Positions 27,345 to 38,018 of a stretch of 64,000 nucleotides of DNA are shown in pieces (within the stretch, counting starts at the first letter, position 1; each line of letters starts with the position of its first letter). This DNA is from Dipteris shenzhenensis (lineage: Eukaryota). The translations under genes and the position numbers were made by a program. Below the pieces are notes generated by a model. That model was not told the origin of the DNA and did no database searches. It saw only the letters and a list, made by a program, of their open reading frames with translations. The stretch lies in NCBI GenBank assembly GCA_047967505.1, contig CM106538.1; one strand, 5' to 3'.

Positions 27345-29045
27345 CTATAAAAAATACAAAAGCATTAGGAAAAAAGGGAGCTTATTTTGGGGCCTTTTAG
27401 GGTTTTAGAAAAAGGTCTCTCAACCAATGAGGAGAAGGCCAATGTAACGTAGAAATTCCACAAAAAAAGGTAAAAATATGAAAAAGAAAATAGTACTTTA
27501 TGTTGTTACAAGCGTGTGGCATTAATGAGAAGATTTGTTTTTTATTCTTTTACGATTCACTTGTCGTACCAAGAGATGTGGACCCAAAATCAAAACGAAG
27601 CTCCATTTTGAAACCTTCCCATGTGGTAACCCAAAACAATCATCCATTTTCTCTTGTTCTCTGGTGTCATTCTCTCTTCAACAAGAATTTCTCTACTTTC
27701 ACCACGACGAGCCATTCCACTCTCTTTGACAAGCATTTCTCGTTTCATCATTGTTGTTGTGATGCTCTTAAACTTTCAACACAATAAGCTCCTTTCACCT
27801 TTTATTCGCTTGTTTGCATTTTTGTTCATTTTTGTTAATCTCTTACTATTTTGGTGTGTGTTTCTTTGACTTCGCAGGTATTAGAGTGAGGATTTTAGAT
27901 GGCAACCAAAAAATTTGGTAGTACCACTAGGAAACAGTCTGTCGCTCTACCTGGCGAAGATGTGAAAGTACAAAGTATCTCTTTGCCATGAAGACCTACC
28001 TCACTAATCTCATGTGTAGAATTTTTTAATAATGTAAATGTGGACGGTAGTTGGAAAAGGATTGCAATGGCGAAAGGAGATGGGGTTCTAATGCAACCCA
28101 ACAAGCGGAGAAAGCAACAATCAATTAACACTTTTTTGGCTTCTTGGAAGGGCAGAGTGAAAGATTTTAGAGTGAAAAAGAAAGGCACAAGATGCGTTAG
28201 ATAGGTTCGGATATAAGATGTCTACATGCACCAAGAACTTATATTACGAGATTATCATGTTTATCTTCCACACCATAGACCCAATTGTAAGTGTATTTGT
28301 CTAATGAAATACTTAAAACGAAATAACTATTTCTCTCTATGATAGATAGTCTCTTTGTTTTGGTCCAGATATATATATCCCTCATCATACAAAGAGTGGC
28401 AACCAATGGAGTGCATTCTGGGATTCTTTGATGCTTTACATGGTGCTATTGGGGAGCTACAGTACAAAGGTAGAAAATCAACAGTGTTGGCTAAATTGGG
28501 TATATTTTATTATGATCACTTTTATCAGTTGATGGACAATGCTCACTCACACGGTTTATTAAAAAAGCAAGATCTCCCAGCATGGAATACAGTTGATTGG
28601 CCAGTCCCTGATGGCAGCATCACAGAATCATATAGAGCCAAACTATTTTTGGAAGTACAACATTCCCTAAAACCAAATATTGCTACCAAGATAGTTAAAA
28701 TCAATGTTTTCATCCCATTTACAATTTTTATAGAACTTTTTGAAGATTATCTAGTTAAAGTTTGTAAGACAATGTTAACTTTTAGAGCAAAAGGGTGTGA
28801 TGAAGTTTCAATTCCAAAATTTTTGGAAATGGTTGGGATAGAATGGTGGCCAACAATGTGTATTGTGAGGTTGCTCATAACTCCATCAACATTAAATACA
28901 TGATTTCCTCTCAAAACTTTATTTTCTCTTTTTACTATAAATGCAGCAGGATGATTGGCACAAAACTTGTGGCAATGGACCAAGACGAGAGGTCATCAGG
29001 CCCAATAATTGAAATCAATGTTATTAATAATGACATCCTTCTAAC

Positions 29046-32000
29046 TGTAAGAAAACAATACAACATCTGTGCTCAACAAATAATAGGATCTCATACGCAA
29101 GAGAGAAAACCAGATAGTATGGAGAATCAAAAATTTGATTACTGCAGAACTGATACAATAAATGGTGCTACCTCCCAGCCATGTGCTCTTGTGAGAGAAG
29201 CTTTGATGGCATGCTGTAAATAGTAGAGGACGAAGGCTGGATGCTAAGGAATCAGGGTTGCTATAGCCAGTGATAAAATGGGCTTCACGGGCTTGCTCTT
29301 ATATAGCCACCAGTCGTAGTCAGTTGGGCTCAATTGGGTGACCGACCCAGTCTACCCAAAACGGTCGTCCTGAAATAGGGCATCGACCACATGATAGAAC
29401 CGGTGCGCAAAGTAGAGCAAGTAACCTACGGTACCGTTCGGCCCACAACCATCCGAGATCATCTGGGACTCCAAACGGGCCCCGCAGCTCGAGAGTGGTC
29501 TACCTCGAGAAATGCTCCATCTACCCTCAATGCGGTCAATCATGGGATGCCTTCCCGCCTTGCATGTAGCCTAGTTGGTAGTTTGCCAACTCCGTCCACC
29601 CTTCAGGCCACACATGGCCCCCATCTGGTGTCCAAACTAGGACCTATCGGATAACCGAGCTACTCAAATGCCTTCTCCTCATATGGGGGACTTACAAGTA
29701 AAGTTAGCTGGTTCTCGTGTAGTTACGTGAGAGTAGAGCATTGATGTCTAACTTACAAGTAAAGTTAGCTGGTTCTCGTGTAGTTACGTGAGAGTAGAGC
29801 ATTGATGTCTAACACCCCCCCTCAATGTCCACCCGCAAGTGAACTTACTTTTTCGGCCCAATGCTAAGTCGATGAAGATGCCTCTTCAGCAAGTCTTTTC
29901 CAAGAGCCTTCGTGAAGATGTCCGCAGCATTCTTTATAGTTGAACAGTACACCAAGTCGACCTCTCCATCCATGATGAGCTCACGTACAAAGTGATATTG
30001 AATCTCAATGTGTTTTGTGCGAGCGTGGAACACAGGTTTCTTTGCAATCGCCATGCTTGCAACTCTAATTGTCACATGATAACTGCTGCACCCATGTCCC
30101 CTAAAATCCTCCTCAACCACACTGCCTCGCAAGAACCAAAGCATGCTGATTTGTACTCGGCCTCGGTAGAAGAAAGAGCAACTGTGGGTTGCTTCTTGCT
30201 GACCCATGACACAACTCCAGATCCAAGTGAGAAACAATAACCTGTCACTGATCTCCTGTTGTCCACATCTCCTGCCCAATCTGAGTCACAGAATCTGGTC
30301 AAGATGTTGCCCTTGGTATAGGTGATGCCATAATCAAGTGTGCCTTTGATGTATTTCAGCACCTGCATCCCTGCCCTCCAATGGTTCTCCTGGGGCTTAT
30401 TGGAAAACCTGCTTAGTACACAAGTCACAAAGATGATGTTCGGCCGCATGTTGCACAAGTAAATCAAGCTGCCCACAAGCCTTATGTACTTCGCTTCATC
30501 CACCAGTGGTGATGAATCCTCGTTTGAGAGCTTCACGTCAACTTCCATAAGGGTACCAACTGTCTTGCACTTAGCCATGCCAAATGCCTTCAGTATCTCT
30601 CCAGCATACTTCAGCTATGAAATGAAAATGTGTTTCGGCTCTTGCCAGATTTCAATCCCCAAATAGAAATGCATCAGTCCGAGGTCTGTCATTTCAAACT
30701 CTCTTCCTAGCAAATGCTTCGTCTGTGAGATCTTCTCTTCATGGTTTCCTATTATGACAAGGTCGTCCACATAAAGGACCACGATCATACACCTGCCTCC
30801 TTCTTTGAAGATATACAAATTTGCATCTGATGGGCTCCTCCTGTTTTGTAGAAAGTAGGCATCAATTCACTTGTACCATGCTCGTGGGGCCTGTTTCAGT
30901 CCATAAAGTGCCTTCTTTAGTTTACAGACTTTACCTTCTGAACCGGGGATCACAAAACCTAGTGGTTGTTCCATGTATACCTCCTCCTTGAGATCCCCAT
31001 TCAGAAAGGCAGATTTTACATCCATCTGAAACATGGGCCAACTTCCCTGGGCAGCTAAAGCCAAAACACTACAAATTGTGGTTAGTCGAGCTGTGGGAGC
31101 AAAAGTATCCTAATAATCAAAACCATGTACCTGTGCAAATGCTTTTGCCACGAGCTGAGCCTTGTACTTATCCAACATGCCATTGGACTTGTACTTGGTC
31201 TTGTATACCCACTTGGTGCCTCAGGGGGGTCACTCATCATATGTAACCCTATCACGTGAGTTCAACAGAAGGATTTTTTTTATTTCTAAAATTTACAGAA
31301 ATAAATATACATAAGGGAATATTTAAAATAGTTTTGGAAAAAATTTACAGATTTGTATAGGAAAGGGGTACATTTTATCAATGAAATTTTTTACAGATAA
31401 GGGACTTTAAATATAGGCCTTGAACGCACGTGATATAGAGGGTTTATACATAGTGACCCCCCCGAGCTTGGTGCTGATTACCTTGCGTTTTGGTGGATGA
31501 TCCACAAGGTCCCAAGTGTTGTTCTTCATTATGGAGCCATACTCCAACTGCATAGCCTCCATCCACCTATCATCACCCTGTGCCTCTTCAAGACACTTGG
31601 ATTCATCAGCACGGATCACTTCTGTCATCAAAGCATAGTTGACCAAGTGTTCCTGCACTCTTCTTTGCTCCTCTAATCTCTTGGACCGGTAGTGTTTGGA
31701 TGGTTCCTCCTCAATGGCTAGAGGTTCTCTGCCATCCAAAAGCTGCTTTACCCACTTCGGGGATGGCTTTTGCCGTTGTGGTTCTACAGGCTCTTCTTCA
31801 TCTTCTTTATCTTGAATCCTCCCAAGCACCATTGGGGGAGTGGCCCACAGCTATCCGAGATCATTTGGGACTCCAAATGGGCCCTGCAACCTAAGGTGGG
31901 CTACCTCAGGAAATGCTCCATCTACCCTCAATGCGGTTAGTCATGGGATGCCTTCCTGCACTTGCACGTAGCCTAGATGGTAGTAAGCCAACTCTGTCCA

Positions 32001-32156
32001 ACCTTCAAGCCACACATGGCCCCCATCTAGTGTCCAAAACCAAGGCCTACCGAATAATCGAGCTACTCAAATGCCTTCTCCTCATATGGGGGGCTTACAA
32101 GTAGAGTTAGCTAGTTCCCGCATAGTTACATGAGAGTGGAGCATTGATATCTAACA
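29046..32156 (-). mobile_element. Ty1/copia LTR retrotransposon, internally deleted (RT-RNaseH retained)
   Basis: TSD CTAAC at 29041-29045 and 32157-32161; 3' LTR 29046-29814 with adjacent PPT; only ~315 bp of 5' LTR (~31842-32156); QMDVKSAFLNG, LYGLKQAPRAW, YVDD, DSDWAGD, TKHIEIQYHF. Confidence 0.93.
31220..31466. mobile_element. 247-bp non-autonomous TIR element (MITE), copy 1
   Basis: TIR CTCAGGGGGGTCACT...AGTGACCCCCCCGAG; 8-bp TSD CTTGGTGC (31212-31219, 31467-31474); splits the copia RKVISTK|WVYK codons. Confidence 0.95.
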
Positions 32157-34022
32157 CTAACATCCATCTCACTGGGACAATGTTGCACTCTCTCTTAGTT
32201 AGGCAATGATTCCAAAATTTTTGGAAATGGTTGGGATAGAATGGTGGCCATCAATGTGTATTTTGAGGTTGCTCATAACTCTATCAACATTAAGTACATG
32301 ATTTCCTCTCAAAACTTTATATTCTCTTTTTACTATAAATGTTACAGGATGATAGGCACAAAACTTGTGGCAATGGACCAAGACAAGAGGTCATCAAGCC
32401 CAATAATTGAAATCAATGTTATTGAGAATGACATCCTTCTAACATCCATCCCACTAGGACAATGCTGCACTCTCTCTCAATTAGGCAATGATATTATTAT
32501 GGAGATTGAGAATAATATTTGTAAGCAATTTTCATTCATTTTGAACAACATGAAAGTAAGTTGGTTTCCACCTTGTGTTCCTCCTAATTTGACCACCTTG
32601 TATTTCTCTTAATTTGATTCTCTTTACATTTGCATAATACATTTACATATTGCTAGAAATTTATTTTTACAAATACTTCAAAGGAGAGAAAGCAAAATTC
32701 AATGCAAGGACATTGTAAATAGAAAAATTCAAATAATACAAATCTATTGACTCTAGGTATTACTTGCAACCAAAAAAAAAAGTTGACATTTGATGTATTA
32801 ATACAAAATAATTACAAGTATTATCTGTTTTTCTATTAATGCTTAGAATCTCTCTCTTGACTTTTTTGCAATGGAGACTCCTTCTGAGAATCTTCCACAT
32901 GTTGCTCAGGTTGCTCTGCTGCTATGGATGCTGCTACTGTACATCATGCTACTCTACATCTTGTTGTTGCACATCCTCCGTCGGTACTACCTCCTTGTGC
33001 ATCAACTCCTTCTGTTGATTTGGTGTCCCTGCCTCCTTGTCCATGGGCTCAAGCTTAGGGCTCGTGCTGCTTTGATGTCCTTGCCTTCTCGTGCATAGGC
33101 TCGGACTTTTGTGGTAGCTTTGCCTGGAAAAGATCAACTGCAAGATCTCCTTCCACATCCTTTGAGAAATGTTTGAGCAACTTATCAACATTGACACCTT
33201 CTAGATTGCTAGTGGTAGGGAAATATTGAGCCCCTGGTTCAACCCAAAGATCCTCAAGGCCTTTTGAGCCCTCTCCTATATGGATTATTCGGTTCGGTGC
33301 TGGACAAGGGGAAGAGACCTCTAGCAGCTTCAAAATTGTCTTTGCTCTCAAGCTATGTACATATTCAGAGCCAAAACTATCCTCTTTCATCTGCAATCAA
33401 AACAAAGAATGTTTTCAATCTTTTTTGTATCAATGCATTGAATTTAGAACTTCTTAAATAGTATGCAATAAAAGTACTCACAAATTCAAGCTATTTCTCT
33501 AAAAAGTATGTGTCCATCATATATTTTGCACTTATTAGAGTCCTCCATCCACAAGAGAAAGTATCCTCCTATTGTGGTGTCTGTTTTATCAAAATAGAAA
33601 GCTAAGATGTATATTGGACTATGAAGAGTGCAAAAATAAGAGGGAGATAAAGATAAGTGACAATGATTATTGTACCTGCAATTGCATTGGTTGAGTTGAA
33701 TCTAACATCGTTAAATTTGGATCAGAGAGGTCTAGTGCATCCATTAGCCTTTTGAGACAACTACAATGGGAATGAAGGGCAACAAAATATAAAATTCATA
33801 CATTTGCATGTAAAAGTGATATGGCTGACTTTTCAAGAGAAAACATGAAAATTGTGTTTTAGAGCAAAATTATGGGCAATGATTGACTTACAATTCTAAG
33901 TCCTAGTGGATACCCTTCAAGGAGTTGAAGGTATAGCATAACTTTTGTTGTACATCTATATGCACCAAACTCCAGTGATTGCTGCAAGAGAAACAAATAA
34001 CATGAGGGGATTAGACCAAAAG

Positions 34023-35784
34023 GGTACCAGAGAATAGACAAATTCTTTCATAAATTAAACTTCAAAAGGTGTGCCTCAGATGCTAACTTGTATGTGTACA
34101 AGAAAGGTGGAAACTCTACTATTATTGTTCTATATATGGATGATCTCCTTATTACAAGTGACTATGAAGACATGATCCAGTAGACTAGAAAGGTGTTGAG
34201 CACACAATTTGAGATGACAGACTTAGGCTTGATGCACTACTGTTTGGGGATTAAAGTCCAGGCAAGATCTTCATCTCTCAACAGAAATATGCAAGGGAGA
34301 TCTTGAAGGCATTTGGTATGTTCGAGTGCAAGGAGATAGCTACAACTATGGAGGTAAATGTGAGGCTATCTATGGAGGATGCCTTACCACTAGCAAACAT
34401 CGGGAGGTACAAGAAGTTGGTTGGCAGTCTCATCTATCTGTGCAACACCAAACCAAACATCAATTTTGCTATTGGCATTTTGAGCAAGTTCTCCAATAAG
34501 CCCTGGGAGAATCATTGGAATGCAGGGATGCGAGTGCTCAGGTATGTGAAGGGCATTCTTGATTATGGCATCACTTATGGTATGGGCACTTCCTTGGCTA
34601 GTCAGTGTGACTCAAATTGGGTGGGCTGGAGATGTTGATTCCAGGAAATCAGTTTTTGGATATTGTTTCTCTTTAGGTTCAGGTGTCTTCTCTTGGATCC
34701 ATAAGAAACAACCAACAGTGGCGTTGTCTTCTACCGAGGCAAAGTACAAGGCAACATGTTTTGCTGCTTGTGAAGTAGTGTGGCTAAGGAGGATCTTATG
34801 GCACATGGGAGTGCAAAAGATGAGGCAACTGTGTTGAGGACGACAATCAAAGTTGCATGGCCATTGCTAAAAATCTAGTGTTTCATGCATGCACAAAACA
34901 TATAGAGATTCAGTATCACTGTGTGCATGATTTGATCGAGGATAGGATAGTGGAATTGGTCTACTATCCAACAAAGCAAAATGGAGTAGATATCTTCACC
35001 AAGGCACTCAGGAAGGATCAGCTTCAGGGTCATCTTTAGAGACTCGGCATTGGGCCAAGAAGGTAGTTCACATATGGGTGGACATTGAGGGGAAGTGTTA
35101 GATATGCTCAATGCCCCAACCTCTTGGTAACCACCAGTGGTCCAAGGTGCTCAAGTTGTAAGGCCCCCATATGAGAAGAAGCCATGTGTGAGCCCGAGAT
35201 ACTACCCGGGATACTAGATGGATCCTAACTTGCATGTCAGATGAGGTCTATTAATAAGACCGTTGATGGTAGAAAGGTGATTGTGTGGGAGCCCCTTATT
35301 CTTGCTGGGGCCTAGGGGCTAGCTGGCCTTTGACTAGGGGTCCTAGTGGGGCCAGCAGCCCCATTAGTGGGGGTTTGAGGGCAAGAGCCCTCGAGACGAT
35401 GGTATAGGGAATATTCCTTGAATATTCCATGGACGACTAGTCGATTCCACCGACTAGGTTGACTAGTTGACTCCACTGACTTGGTTGACTGGTCAATTCC
35501 ATCGACTACATTGATCCGACTACTACTCTCATAGCTATAAAGAGGCGACCTCCCCAGTCCATTGTATCATATCAGTTTAGATCAGATCAGATCTTCTAGC
35601 TAGTAGGTCTTCACCTAGTATCTGTTTAGATTGCCATCTAAGCTCCACTGTGGGAGCACACGGGTGGACGGAGCCATCATCTATACTACATCAATATTGA
35701 AGGAAAATTTTGTTCCTCTCTTGTTTTCTATGTACTCTCTATTCTTTGTTTATTTTTTGTTCCGCTGCATCATGTAATTCAACA
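34023..35784 (+). mobile_element. Ty1/copia 3' remnant (RT end, RNaseH, PPT, 3' LTR 35096-35784)
   Basis: LVGSLIYLCNTKPNI, KKQPTVALSSTEAKY, TKHIEIQYH; PPT TGAGGGGAAG then TGTTAG...CAACA; same lineage as the 29046-32156 element; 5' part absent. Confidence 0.88.
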
Positions 35785-36119
35785 TTAAGCACTGAAAAAT
35801 AATTGATATATTAAAGCAAAACGTCCAAGGACTTTCCCAGTTGAATAAAATAGTTACTTCTCCTTTATAGTTTGTCATGTTTTCCAAATTATAAGTTAGA
35901 ACACTCTTTCCAATTCATAATATTGGATGTTTCTAGGTTTTAGAGTAAGATGTAAATAATGTTTTTTCCATAAAAGTAGCTATTTTTAAAAGATATTTGA
36001 TATAAAATTGTGTATTTTGTCTCCATAGTTTGGAAAAAGGCACTTTTTTTGTTTTTGATTTTTTTAAGGACTTGTGTTGTTGTTTGCATGATTTTGTTGT
36101 CATTTTTTATGACTCCCTA

Positions 36120-37203
36120 TTGGGAGGGAAAGAGGGGAAAAGAGGGAGGAAAAACAGAGGAGAAAAGAGAGAAATGAGAGGAGAAAAGAGAGAAAATAAG
36201 AAATAAAGAGAGGAAATAAGAGAGATAGAGGGAGGGGAGAAAGAGGACATGAAAATAAGAGAAAGGAAAAAAGGAGAAGAGTGAAGGAAAAGAGAGTCCG
36301 ATAGAAGAGGAAAAGAGATGGGAAAAGAGGGAGGGAAACTAGAGGAGAAAAGAGAGCAAGGAGAGGAGAAAAGAGATAGGAAAAGAGGGAGAAAAAAGCG
36401 AGGAGAAAATATAGAAGCAGCGAGAAGAGAGGAAATAAGAGAGGAGAGGAGGAAAGAGAGGAGAAAAGTGAGGAGAAAAGACAACAAAGGAAATAAAAGA
36501 AGAGAGGAGAAGAGAGGGGAGAAGAGAGGAAATAAGAGAAGAGAGGGGAAGAGAGGAAAATAGAGGTGAGGAAGAGGGAGGGAAAGAGGGGAAAAGAGGG
36601 AGGGAAAATCGAGGAGAAAAGATAGGAGAAGCGAGGAGAGGAAATAAGAGAAGAGAGGAAATAAGAGAGGAGAGGAGAAAAGAGAAGAGAGGAAATAAGA
36701 GAAGACTCAAGGGAAATAGAGGAAAAGGGAGGGGAGGAAGAGGGAGGGAAAGAGGGGAAAAGAGGAAGGAAAAAGAGAGGAGAAAAGAGAGAAAGAAGAG
36801 GAGAAAAGAGAGGGGAAAAGAGGGAGGCAAAAGCGAAGAGAAAAGATAGGAGAAGCAAGAAGAGAGGAAATAAGAGAAGAGAGAAGGAAAGATGAGGGGA
36901 GAAAAGAGGGGGAGAAAAGAGAGGAGAAAAGAGAAGAGAGGAAATAAGAGAAGAGAGGAGAAGACAGGGAAAGAGTGGGAAAGAGAGGGGAGGAGGAGGG
37001 AGGGAAAGAGGGGAAAAGAGGGAGGAAAAAGAGAGGAGAAAAGAGAGAAAGGAGAGGAGATAAGAGAGAAAAAGAGGAAATAAGAGAGGGAAAGAGGAGA
37101 TAAGAGAGGGAAAGAGGAGATAAGAGAGAAAGAGAGGAGATAAGGAGAGGAGAAAAGAGAGGGGAGAATGAAAGGGGAGAAGAGAGGAGAAGAGAGGAGA
37201 AGA
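36120..37203. repeat. ~1.1-kb polypurine (A/G) low-complexity tract
   Basis: Nearly pure A/G with recurring GAGAGGAAATAAGAGA units; on the - strand it lies between a GTAAG donor (~37306) and an AG acceptor (~36117). Confidence 0.92.
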
Positions 37204-37434
37204 GTTATTACATCCATCACTACAACTATCGCTTAAGGTGCTAGCTGCTGCAAGCCAATGCTATCACGAAAAGAAAAATAGGAAAAGAGAGGAAGCACAT
37301 TCTTACCTAGAAATGATGTATCCTGGCACTGGATGATCCCACTCGGAAGAGGAGTTGTTTCATGTCCTAGCCCTATAAAGGAGAGAAAACATACCATTTA
37401 AGGAAACTAATTAGTTTGAAAGGAGGATTTGGAG

Positions 37435-37681
37435 CTCGGGGGGGTCACTCATCATATGTAACCCTATCACGTGAGTTCAACAGAAGGATTTTTTTTATTT
37501 CTAAAATTTACAGAAATAAATATACATAAGGGACTATTTAAAATAAGTTTGGAAAAAATTTACAGATTTGTATAGAAAAGGGGTACATTTTATTAATAAA
37601 TTTTTTTACAGATAAGGGACTTTAAATATAGGCCTTGAACGCACGTGATATAGAGGGTTTATACATAGTGACCCCCCTGAG
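37435..37681. mobile_element. 247-bp MITE, copy 2
   Basis: TIR CTCGGGGGGGTCACT...AGTGACCCCCCTGAG; 8-bp TSD ATTTGGAG (37427-37434, 37682-37689); near-identical to 31220-31466. Confidence 0.95.
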
Positions 37682-38018
37682 ATTTGGAGAAGCAACATTC
37701 CAAAGGATACGGATTGAGGAGACAAAGAGAAGACTACAAACAAGGATTCCTTCAGGTTGTATCCCTTCAAGAATCATAAGCTCATTCCTTACTTCTCTAT
37801 GGTATGTTTTTGTTAACAAGTTGATGGTGGCTTTTAGGTTTTGTTTTCGTTAGCTACATGTTAGCTACTATTGGCTACATGGTAGCTACCATTATAACTT
37901 GTTGCAACAAATAAGTACCTATTCATTAGTGTTGTGTTGTTAAGGCTCTACCTTTTGGTAGCTACATGGTGGTTACCATGGCCTAAATTGCTATGACTTG
38001 CTATGACTACTTATCGAA

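Larger units (their letters stand above)
27899..32555 (+). pseudogene. Unnamed protein with BAH-like N-terminal motif pattern, copy A; interrupted by copia 29046-32156
   Basis: Exon 1 KGDGVLMQP..SWKGRVKDFRV..VRI*DVYMHQEL; intron ~28287-28368; exon 2 YIYPSSYKEWQPMECILG then ESYRAKLF..LKP..INVFIPF..FGNGW..FYYK..AMDQD..PIIEI..DILL; an internal ~290-bp tandem duplication (28811 vs 32209). Confidence 0.55.
32860..37850 (-). pseudogene. Ulp1-like (Peptidase C48) protease, copy B, multi-exon; interrupted by copia remnant and MITE
   Basis: Exon ~33890-33981 NHWSLVHIDVQQKLCYTFNSLKGIH; exon ~33482-33618 QTPQ*EDTFSCGWR; first coding exon ~35785-36110 (FPNYGDKI..LTLK..YYEL) resembles exon 1 of copy A (FPNIES..LTLK..FFKL); 5' leader with purine-rich (+ strand) intron. 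Confidence 0.78.

Noticed and set aside
36100-37220. Long Leu/Phe/Ser and Glu/Arg/Lys ORFs (also 20005-21007 and 44151-44680)
   Set aside because: Artefacts of purine/pyrimidine low-complexity DNA lacking stop codons.
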